Source of the DNA: Candidatus Methylomirabilota bacterium
GTDB lineage: Bacteria > Methylomirabilota > Methylomirabilia > Rokubacteriales > CSP1-6
DNA: 32,023 nt
Direction: 5' to 3'
Assembly: GCA_046726415.1 (NCBI GenBank)
Contig: JBKPAK010000293.1
Location: forward strand, 1-32,023
Made by a program: the position numbers and the translations under genes. Below the pieces are notes generated by a model that worked only from the letters and a program-made list of their open reading frames with translations, was not told the DNA's origin and ran no database searches. Shown piece by piece: positions 8,191 through 21,535 of the stretch (position 1 is its first letter; each line of letters starts with the position of its first letter).

Positions 8191-8604
8191 TCAGCTCGCC
8201 CCGAGCACCTTCGCCGCGCGGGCGACGTCCTTCGGGGCCACCCAGAGGATCGCGCCGAAACGACCGGCGCCGGCGCACACCGCATCGCTCGCCGTGACGT
8301 TGATCTTGGCCTCGGCGAGCTTTGCCAGGAGGTCGACCAGCGCGCCCGGTCGATCGTCGCCTTCGATCAGAAACGCTCGCTTGGGCCCGACGAGCTTCCA
8401 CTTGGCCTTCCGGGCGGCCGCCCGGAAGGCGGCCGGATCCTCGGGAACGAAGTCGAGCTGGGCGCCCCGTCCGCTGGGAAAGCCGGAGAAGGCCTTGAGA
8501 TTCACCCCGGCGGTCTTGAGCTCAGCGAGCAGGCTCGCCCCGACTCCGGGTTTGTTGGGCGCCTGGACGTAGAAGTACTCGATGCGACGAACCGTCTCCG
8601 CCAT
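8191..8604 (-). CDS. Tandem ACT-domain protein (137 aa)
   Basis: ATG at 8604 follows GGAGG. Two ACT-like units: VQAPNKPGVGASLLAELKTAGVNL and IEGDDRPGALVDLLAKLAEAKINV. Confidence 0.8.
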   Translation of the reverse strand: MAETVRRIEYFYVQAPNKPGVGASLLAELKTAGVNLKAFSGFPSGRGAQLDFVPEDPAAFRAAARKAKWKLVGPKRAFLIEGDDRPGALVDLLAKLAEAKINVTASDAVCAGAGRFGAILWVAPKDVARAAKVLGAS

Positions 8605-8711
8605 GGCCGGCACCCTCCTGGGCGATTCGGGGCGCCATGCGGTGGCGCCACCGTGGCCGGAGACTAGCACACGCGCCCGGCGCGCGCTGAACGCGCTGGG
8701 CTGCGAGCGTG

Positions 8712-8900
8712 GCGGATCGAGGAGCGTCCCGGGTTCCCCGGGGCGCGACGAGCGCGGGGGGCTTGGGGGCCCTGTCGAGGCCTCCCATCTCAACGGTCGC
8801 TCAGCGCGGATCGAGGAGCGTCCCGGGTTCCCCGGGGCGCGACGAGCGCGGGGGGTTTGGGGGGCCCTGTCGAGGCCTCCCATCTCAACGGTCGCTCAGC
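8712..8900. repeat. Two tandem copies (94 and 95 bp) of a palindromic REP/MITE-like unit
   Basis: 8712-8805 and 8806-8900 differ by one substitution and one extra G. Internal hairpins are cccggg-ttc-cccggg and tggg(g)ggcc...ggcctccca. Confidence 0.95.
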
Positions 8901-10188
8901 CTCGCGGAACGAGGCGCTCGACGCCGTCCATGTATGAGCGGAGCGCGGGAGGGAGCGCCACGGTCCCGTCGGCCTCCTGGTAGTTCTCCAGGACGGCGAT
9001 GATCGTCCGGCCCACCGCCAGGCCCGAACCGTTCAGCGTGTGGCAGTACTCGAGGCGCCGGCCACCCTCCGGGCGATAGCGGAGATCCATGCGCCGCCCC
9101 CCGAAGTCCGCGTAGTTCGAGCACGACGAGATCTCGGTATATCGGCCGATCGACGGTCGCCACACCTCGAGGTCGTAGCCCTTGGCGGCGCTGAACCCGA
9201 GGTCGCCTGCGCAGCGCTCGACCACGCGGTACGGTAGGTCGAGTCGGCGCAGAACCTCCTCCGCCTCGCCGACCAGGGCCTCCAGCTCGGCGTACGACTG
9301 GTCAGCCGTGGCGATCTTCACCAGCTCGACCTTGTCGAACTGGTGTTGCCGGTAGATGCCTTTCATGTCCTTGCCGTAGGTACCGGCCTCGCGCCGATAG
9401 CACGGCGTGAAGGCGGTGTAGCGCAGGGGCAGCATGCGCTCGGACAGGATCTCACCGCTGTGGAGCGCGGTAAGCGGAACCTCGGAAGTCGGAATCAGGT
9501 AGAGCGTACGGTTCTCGTCGGCCTCGATGGTCTTGAACAGCCCCTCTTCGAACTTGGGGAGTTGCCCGGCCCGCAGCATGGTGTCGCCGCTCACGAGGTG
9601 CGGGAGCCACAGCTCGGTGTACCCGTGCTCGCGCGTATGCACGTCGAGCATGAACTGGGCGATGGCGCGCGACAGCCGAGCCAGCGGACCCCACATCACG
9701 GCGAAGCGCGTCTTGGCGATCTTGACCGCCCGCTCGATGTCGAGCAGCCCCAGCGCGGCGCCGATCTCCTCGTGCGGCTTTGGCGTGAACGGAAAGTCGC
9801 GCGGTGCGCCCCACCGGCGAACCTCGCGGTTGTCGGCATCGCTCTCACCGGGAGGAACGGACGGGTGCGGCAGATTCGGCACCTGGGCGAGCAGCTCCTG
9901 GATGCGCTCGTCCAGCGCGGCCACCTCGCCGTCGAGGCTCTTGATGCGGTCGGCGACCTCGCGCATCCGCGCCATCTCGGCCGAGGCATCCTCGCCGCGC
10001 CGCTTGGCCTGTCCGATGGTCTCCGAGGCGCGGTTGCGGAGGGCTTTGAGCTCCTCGGTCTCGCGCAGCAGGCGGCGGCGCTCGCCGTCGATGGCGAGGA
10101 TCTCGCGGACGTGCTCGGCGCCGCCTTTGTTCGCCAGGCCGCGCTCGACCTCCTCGGGACGTTCCCGGATGAGCCTGAGGTCGAGCAC
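8896..10188 (-). CDS. serS: Serine--tRNA ligase
   Basis: MLDLRLIRE N-terminal coiled coil, LIPTSEVP, motif 2 YRREAG...RQHQFDKVE, EISSCSN, and motif 3 HTLNGSGLAVGRT. Confidence 0.98.
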   Translation of the reverse strand: MLDLRLIRERPEEVERGLANKGGAEHVREILAIDGERRRLLRETEELKALRNRASETIGQAKRRGEDASAEMARMREVADRIKSLDGEVAALDERIQELLAQVPNLPHPSVPPGESDADNREVRRWGAPRDFPFTPKPHEEIGAALGLLDIERAVKIAKTRFAVMWGPLARLSRAIAQFMLDVHTREHGYTELWLPHLVSGDTMLRAGQLPKFEEGLFKTIEADENRTLYLIPTSEVPLTALHSGEILSERMLPLRYTAFTPCYRREAGTYGKDMKGIYRQHQFDKVELVKIATADQSYAELEALVGEAEEVLRRLDLPYRVVERCAGDLGFSAAKGYDLEVWRPSIGRYTEISSCSNYADFGGRRMDLRYRPEGGRRLEYCHTLNGSGLAVGRTIIAVLENYQEADGTVALPPALRSYMDGVERLVPRG

Positions 10189-10193
10189 GTGGG

Positions 10194-12632
<2,439 letters not shown>

Positions 12633-12642
12633 CGATCTCACG

Positions 12643-12765
12643 CTCGGGAGGGGGCGGCGCCCCCCTTCCGAAACCTCCCCCCAGAAGGATGGCGCGGGCA
12701 AAGCCCATGCCCGACGACCGCGGGTCGGCCGCACGGCGTCGGAAGGAGAAAAACCCCCCTCCGAG
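12643..12765. repeat. REP/MITE-like element with palindromic inverted ends in the gyrB-gyrA spacer
   Basis: The left end ctcgggagggggcggcgccccccttccga (12643-12671) and right end tcggaaggagaaaaacccccctccgag (12739-12765) are each hairpins and are imperfect inverted copies of each other. Internal hairpins are gggc-aaa-gccc and cgacc-gcg-ggtcg. Confidence 0.65.
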
Positions 12766-12793
12766 GCTAAACACCGAAGTTGGCGACCCGAAG

Positions 12794-16227
<3,434 letters not shown>

Positions 16228-16265
16228 CCTCTCTAAACCTCTGTTTCTTATGACTAAAAATAGTG

Positions 16266-17360
16266 TTAGATCCGCATAGGCATTATAACACAGCAATAGC
16301 TGTCGTCCTCGACGCTTTTGATCACGCCGGGGCTCAAACCGTCCTTGAACTCGAAGATGACGGGATCCTTCTCGACCGCCGAGAGCGCATCGAGCAAGTA
16401 GCGAGAGTTGAAGCCCATGATGACTTCTTGGCCCGCATAGTCGACGTCGAGCGACTCCTCGGCTTCACCCAGTTCCTGGCTCGACGCCGAGATCTTGAGC
16501 GAGGCCGGAGTCAATGTCATCCGGACCGGCTTGTTGCGCTCCTCGGCAATCACCGCGACCCGACGAAGGACACCCTGAAAGGCTGAACGCACCAAGTGCA
16601 GCTTGCCCGGATGCGCCCGCGGCATCACCGCCTCGTAGTTCGGGAACTGGCCCTCGATGAGGCGCGCGGTCATCACGAAGTTCGGCATCTGCAACACGAA
16701 CTGGTTCTCGGTGATGGCGATCTGCACGTCTTCGCCACTGCCGAGCACGCGCAGGATCTCCGCCACGGCCTTGCGAGGGACGATCCCCGTCACCGCGGGT
16801 GCCGTCTCCTCGAGCCCCCGGGTCGACACCGCCAGGCGATGTCCATCGGTCGCCACCAGGCGCATCTGTTTGCTCTGCAGGACAAACAGTACCCCGTTCA
16901 GGGCGTAGCGGTTTTCGTCGTGCGAGATGGCGAAACTCGTCTGCTGGAGCATCTCGCGCATGGCCTTGGCCTCGACGTGAATCCACGCGGCGGCGGCCGC
17001 CGGTACGACGGGAGGGAAGTCGTCGGGAGGGAGACCCATGAGGCGGTAGCTGACGCCTCCACACCGAATGCTCACCGTCGCGTTCTCGCCGACCTTCAAG
17101 GTCATGGCGGCCGCCGGAAGTTCCTTCACGATCTCGGCGATCTTCCGAGCGCTCACCGTGACGGCGCCGTGGCTTCCCACGCGTGCGGGAACCGACACCC
17201 GCGCACCGACCTCGAGATCCGTGGCCGTGACCCGGACGGTCTCGTCCTCGGTTTCCAGCAGGATGTTGGCGAGGATGGGCAAGGTTTGGCGAGCCTCGAC
17301 GATGTTCTGAACCATCTGGACGCCGCGGAGGAAGGCATCGCGCTCAAGAACGACTTCCAT
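16266..17360 (-). CDS. dnaN: DNA polymerase III beta sliding clamp (364 aa)
   Basis: ATG 17360 after GGAG; LPILANILL, ATDLE, RYALNG, VATDGHRL, LIEGQFPNY, GFNSRYLLD, and C-terminal VIMPMRI. Confidence 0.97.
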   Translation of the reverse strand: MEVVLERDAFLRGVQMVQNIVEARQTLPILANILLETEDETVRVTATDLEVGARVSVPARVGSHGAVTVSARKIAEIVKELPAAAMTLKVGENATVSIRCGGVSYRLMGLPPDDFPPVVPAAAAAWIHVEAKAMREMLQQTSFAISHDENRYALNGVLFVLQSKQMRLVATDGHRLAVSTRGLEETAPAVTGIVPRKAVAEILRVLGSGEDVQIAITENQFVLQMPNFVMTARLIEGQFPNYEAVMPRAHPGKLHLVRSAFQGVLRRVAVIAEERNKPVRMTLTPASLKISASSQELGEAEESLDVDYAGQEVIMGFNSRYLLDALSAVEKDPVIFEFKDGLSPGVIKSVEDDSYCCVIMPMRI

Positions 17361-17384
17361 AGGAGTCTCCAGATGTCTTGGGGA

Positions 17385-17520
17385 AAGAAACAGAGAATCG
17401 TAGTAGGAGGAGTCGCCGGGGCGGTGGATCGTTGAGAAACGAAAAAACGACCGGCGGGATCGCGCGTCGCGAGAGGGTCCGTCTGGGGACCGCTCCGGGG
17501 ATGGCATGTGGGTGACGGGG
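17385..17520 (-). other. Putative oriC unwinding region (degenerate DnaA boxes, GC motif, DnaA-trio-like tract)
   Basis: Minus strand reads TTCTCAACG-ATCCACC-GCCCCGG-CGACTCCTCCTACTACGA followed by a T-rich stretch. This parallels the tandem box/GC/trio layout found downstream of dnaA in Bacillus-type origins. A further weak box (TCACCCACA) lies at 17507-17515. Confidence 0.55.
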
Positions 17521-17522
17521 GA

Positions 17523-18851
17523 TCATACGGTCATGCCTTGGATAAGTCCGTCGATACTCCGTCGAAGTCGGGGATCATCCTGCAGGAGACCGTGGATCTT
17601 GTCCACCGCGTGCAGCACCGTGGTGTGGTCCTTACCGCCGAAGGCCCGACCGATCTCGGCGAGTGAGGCATGCGTGAGTTGCCGCGCGAGGTACATGGCG
17701 ACCTGGCGCGGAAAGGCGACCGTCTTCGTTCGGGACTTCGCCTTGAGCTCTGACACCTTGATGCCGAAGAAGTCGCCAACCTTGCGCTGGATCTGCTCGA
17801 TGGTGATGACCTTGTCCTCCTCGCCCCACAGGTCAGCCAGCACCTCTTGGGCGAGGTCCAGGCCCATCTCGCGCCCAGTGAGGGCGCAGAAGGCGATCAT
17901 CCGGGTGAGCGATCCCTCCAGCTCGCGAATGTTCGACTTCACCCGGCTGGCGATGAGGTAGGCCACGTCGTCACTCAGTCGCACGCGCTCGATGGCCGCC
18001 TTCTTCTTGAGGATGGCCACGCGCGTCTCGAAGTCTGGGGGCTGGATGTCCGCGATGAGGCCCCATTCGAAACGGGAGCGCAGGCGCTCGTCGATGTCCG
18101 GGATGTCTTTGGGTGAGCAGTCGCTGGACACCACGATCTGCTTCCGAGACTCGTAGAGGTCGTTGAAGGTGTGGAAGAACTCCTCCTGCGTCCGCTCCTT
18201 GCCCGAGATGAACTGGATGTCGTCGATGAGCAGGAGATCGATGGTCCGGTACCGGCCGCGGAACTCGGCCGTGCGATCGTAGCGGATGGCGTTGATCAGT
18301 TCGTTGGTGAAGCGCTCGGTCGAGACGTAGGCCACCGCCATCGCCGAGAAGAGCCTGGCGCTCTGGTGGCCGACAGCATGAAGGAGATGCGTCTTGCCGA
18401 GACCCACGCCGCCGTAGATAAACAGGGGGTTGTACGCGCGGGACGGCAGCTCAGCCACGGCCTGGCTCGCGGCCTGCGCGAACTGGTTGCCCGAGCCGAC
18501 GACGAATGCGTCGAAGGTGTAACGGGGATTGAGCGTCTCGATCGTCGGGTGAGGGCGGGTGCCATAGCTCCGGGGAGGCGCGACCGATTCCGCATCGTCC
18601 GTCTCGACCGGGCTATCGATGACAACGGAAATGCGGGGCTGGCCGCCGAGACATTCGGCCGCGGCGGCCTCGAGCGCGGGCAAGTAGCGCTGGGTGAGCC
18701 ACTCGCGCGAGAAGCGGTTCGGAGCGCCAATTCGGACGTGGTCGCCCTCCAGCGCGACCAAGCGGCACGGGCGGACCCACGAATCGACGGCGGCGGCGGG
18801 GATTTTCTGGGAGACGGCCTCGACGAGTCGATCCCAAAGGCTGGCGAGCAT
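17523..18851 (-). CDS. dnaA: Chromosomal replication initiator DnaA
   Basis: LNPRYTFDAFVVG, YNPLFIYGGVGLGKTHL, LLIDDIQF, QEEFFHTFN, RLRSRFEWGL, NIRELEG, and FGGKDHTTVLHA. Confidence 0.99.
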   Translation of the reverse strand: MLASLWDRLVEAVSQKIPAAAVDSWVRPCRLVALEGDHVRIGAPNRFSREWLTQRYLPALEAAAAECLGGQPRISVVIDSPVETDDAESVAPPRSYGTRPHPTIETLNPRYTFDAFVVGSGNQFAQAASQAVAELPSRAYNPLFIYGGVGLGKTHLLHAVGHQSARLFSAMAVAYVSTERFTNELINAIRYDRTAEFRGRYRTIDLLLIDDIQFISGKERTQEEFFHTFNDLYESRKQIVVSSDCSPKDIPDIDERLRSRFEWGLIADIQPPDFETRVAILKKKAAIERVRLSDDVAYLIASRVKSNIRELEGSLTRMIAFCALTGREMGLDLAQEVLADLWGEEDKVITIEQIQRKVGDFFGIKVSELKAKSRTKTVAFPRQVAMYLARQLTHASLAEIGRAFGGKDHTTVLHAVDKIHGLLQDDPRLRRSIDGLIQGMTV

Positions 18852-18867
18852 AGACGGAACCCCCTAC

Positions 18868-18900
18868 TTACACACACAGTTATCCACAGATGTGGATAAC
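18868..18900. promoter_or_regulatory. Inverted pair of consensus DnaA boxes upstream of dnaA
   Basis: TTATCCACA (18880-18888) and TGTGGATAA (18891-18899), plus a degenerate TTACACACA at 18868-18876. Confidence 0.9.
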
Positions 18901-19026
18901 TGGAGAGACGCGCCTTTGGCTCAGGACATTAACGCAACCGGTAGAGTAACGAGGCCGCAACTTAACACAATGCCGGAGTCCGTCGCAAGCACAATGCCGG
19001 AGCCCGTCTCCAGGAGGAACGCGTGG

Positions 19027-19055
19027 TTGACTTGCCCATTACCGATGCCTACACT
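19027..19055 (+). promoter_or_regulatory. Sigma-70 promoter of the rpmH operon
   Basis: TTGACT-17 bp-TACACT, about 50 bp upstream of rpmH. Confidence 0.7.
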
Positions 19056-19105
19056 GGCCGGGTTCGGCCGACGTACGGCAGACGGAGAAAGGGGAAGTCA
19101 GCTCG

Positions 19106-19240
19106 ATGAAGCGAACGTTTCAGCCGAACGTCCGGCGCCGAAAGAAAACCCACGGGTTTCGGGCCCGAATGGCGACCAAGGGAGGCCGCAAGGTTCTCAA
19201 GCGGCGACGGGCGAAAGGACGCAAACGTCTGACGGTGTAG
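19106..19240 (+). CDS. rpmH: 50S ribosomal protein L34 (44 aa; below the ORF-track cutoff)
   Basis: Translated by hand as [44 protein letters not shown]. Confidence 0.98.
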   Translation: MKRTFQPNVRRRKKTHGFRARMATKGGRKVLKRRRAKGRKRLTV

Positions 19241-19596
19241 CAGGGCGGCTCCCCCGGCGTGAACGGCTGACCAGCGGCGCCGAGTTTCAGGCGCTCTTCC
19301 AGAAGGGCAAGCGAGTCGATCGGCCTCTGATGGTCGTGCTGTGGCGTCAGACGGAATCCGACGAGGGCCAGCGCGCGGGGTTCACGGTGAGCCGTCAAGT
19401 CCGCGGGGCGGTGGCGAGGAACCGAGTCAAGCGCCGGCTGCGCGAGGCCTACCGGACGGCTCGAAGCGAAGCTCCCGCCAGAGTATCCATCGTGATCGTC
19501 GGGAGACCTCCCGTGGCGACGGCGGCCATGACGTCGGTAATCAGTGAGATGCGGCGGGCATTTGGAAGCATGCGGGGAGTGCGACCGACTCGATGA
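19237..19596 (+). CDS. rnpA: Ribonuclease P protein component (start codon unresolved)
   Basis: [22 protein letters not shown]...[25 protein letters not shown] contains the RNR motif. The start coordinate marks the conserved domain only, because there is no ATG/GTG/TTG there. Confidence 0.92.
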   Translation, partial: VAGRLPRRERLTSGAEFQALFQKGKRVDRPLMVVLWRQTESDEGQRAGFTVSRQVRGAVARNRVKRRLREAYRTARSEAPARVSIVIVGRPPVATAAMTSVISEMRRAFGSMRGVRPTR

Positions 19597-19826
19597 TCGT
19601 TCATCTGCTTCTACTGGTTCTGGTTGGCTACAAGGTTTTAATATCGCCGTTGCTGCCCCGGAGCTGCCGTTTTGTGCCGACGTGCTCGGAATACGCACAG
19701 CTCGCGCTGGTCGAGCACGGCCCCGGCCGGGGTCTGATCCTGGCTGTGAGACGGCTCCTGCGGTGCCACCCGTTCCACCCGGGGGGATATGACCCACCCC
19801 CACCCGCCAGACGCGGATACGCCTGA
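19593..19826 (+). CDS. yidD: Membrane protein insertion efficiency factor YidD
   Basis: [23 protein letters not shown]...[16 protein letters not shown], with an ATGA overlap with rnpA. Confidence 0.95.
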   Translation: MIVHLLLLVLVGYKVLISPLLPRSCRFVPTCSEYAQLALVEHGPGRGLILAVRRLLRCHPFHPGGYDPPPPARRGYA

Positions 19827-19828
19827 CG

Positions 19829-21535
19829 ATGGAGAAGCGCGCAATCCTCGCCGCAGTACTCATGGCTATTCTCCTGGTCGTATACCAGACGTTTTTTCTG
19901 GGCCCGGCGGAACCGCCGCAGAAAACTCCATCGGAACCACAGCCGCCGACCCAGACTGCGCCCAAGCCGGTGCCGCCGCCAGCTCTACCGAAGCCGAGCG
20001 AGGTGGCTCCGCAAGCCGAGGCTAGCCCGAGACCCCCACAGCGGGTTGCGCGGGTGGAATCCCCGAGTTTCGTCAGCGTGGTGAGCAGCGAGGGGGGAAA
20101 GCTCCAGGAATTCAATCTCCGGTATCGGGGCGCCAAGCCCATGGTCATCGTGGGGAGTCTCGGCCCGACGGGCTTGACGATCGACGCGAGCAGCGGGCGG
20201 GAAGTCGTCCCTCTGGCCCTGTCCCCCGAGGCGGTTGCGCTGGGCCCACAGCGGCCCTCGGCGGACTTGGTCCTCACCGGGGAGTACCGGGGCCTTCGAA
20301 TCCGTGAAACGCTGAGATTCTACGCCGATGACTACACGATAGACACGTTCATCCGAGTCGAAAATCCCGGTGGAGCGCCACGCGTCGTCACGGTCAGCCT
20401 GCCCTGGATCACTCAGGAATCGTGGCGCGAGCCAGAGAAGTTCCCGGGACAGCACCCCACCGAGATTCTCTGGCGAGTGAATAACCATATCGAGCGCGTC
20501 GAGAACCTCAGCGCCGTCGGCCAGCACACCCTGAACGGCCAGTGGATAGCCATGGGCAGCATCTGGTATCTGCACGCGCTCATCCCGAAGACGGCGGGGT
20601 TCAAGCTGGAGGCAGTCGGCGAGCCGGCGGTCAAGGACGATAAGCAGCCCCCCGCCAAGGCGCTGATCGCTGCCACCGCCACCGCCACGATCGCTCCTGG
20701 ACAGGCCTGGGAAGGTCACGTGGTCGTCTATGTCGGTCCCAAGGAGCTCGACCGGCTCGAGGCGTTAGGGCTCGAGGGCGCGATCAATTTCGGAGGATTC
20801 CCGATGCCCCGGAGTTGGGGTGGGCTTCCCATGGAGTGGCTGGGGATGCCCATTCTGCGCCTGATGAACTGGGTCCACGATCGCATCGTCCCGAACTACG
20901 GCGTGGCGATCATCATCCTGACGATCATCTCCAAGATCATTTTCTTCCCGCTCACCGTCATGGGCTTGCGATCCATGAAGGCGATGCAGGCGCTGACCCC
21001 GCAGCTCAATGCGCTGCGGAGCAAGTACAAGAGCGACCCCCAGCGCATGCAGCGCGAGACGATGGAGCTGTACCGCCAGCACAAGGTCAATCCCGTCGGA
21101 GGATGCCTGCCCATGCTGGCGCAGGTCCCGGTCTTCTATGCCCTCTACTTGGCCCTGTCCGTCTCCGTCGATCTCCAGAACGCCCCGTTTTTGTGCTTCG
21201 GCCGGATGCCCAGCTGGGTGCCCCTGCTGGGCGGTGAGGAACTGTGGATCTGCAACCTCGCTGGCCACGATCCGACATACGTGCTTCCCATCCTGATGGG
21301 AATCTCGATGTTCGTGCAGCAGAAGATGACGCCGACAATGGGCGATCCCCGCCAGGCGAAGATGATGCTCATGATGCCGTTTGTCTTCACGTTCATGTTC
21401 CTGAATGTGGCCTCGGGGCTGGTGCTCTACTGGTTTCTGTCCAACGTGCTTCAGATCCTCCAGCAGAAGTACATGGATCGGCCGCGGGCGTCTAAAGGCG
21501 CCGGACGCGAGGTGAAGCACGCCGCCCGCGCCTGA
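19829..21535 (+). CDS. yidC: Membrane protein insertase YidC
   Basis: N-terminal TM, large periplasmic domain, YVGPK, NYGVAIIILT, NPVGGCLPMLAQVPVF, DPTYVLPILMG, and GLVLYW..SN. Confidence 0.97.
   Translation: MEKRAILAAVLMAILLVVYQTFFLGPAEPPQKTPSEPQPPTQTAPKPVPPPALPKPSEVAPQAEASPRPPQRVARVESPSFVSVVSSEGGKLQEFNLRYRGAKPMVIVGSLGPTGLTIDASSGREVVPLALSPEAVALGPQRPSADLVLTGEYRGLRIRETLRFYADDYTIDTFIRVENPGGAPRVVTVSLPWITQESWREPEKFPGQHPTEILWRVNNHIERVENLSAVGQHTLNGQWIAMGSIWYLHALIPKTAGFKLEAVGEPAVKDDKQPPAKALIAATATATIAPGQAWEGHVVVYVGPKELDRLEALGLEGAINFGGFPMPRSWGGLPMEWLGMPILRLMNWVHDRIVPNYGVAIIILTIISKIIFFPLTVMGLRSMKAMQALTPQLNALRSKYKSDPQRMQRETMELYRQHKVNPVGGCLPMLAQVPVFYALYLALSVSVDLQNAPFLCFGRMPSWVPLLGGEELWICNLAGHDPTYVLPILMGISMFVQQKMTPTMGDPRQAKMMLMMPFVFTFMFLNVASGLVLYWFLSNVLQILQQKYMDRPRASKGAGREVKHAARA

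Noticed and set aside
8605..8900. tRNA-Ser or T-box expected near serS
   Set aside because: No cloverleaf or T-box motif was found, and serS starts 5 bp after gyrA, leaving no leader.
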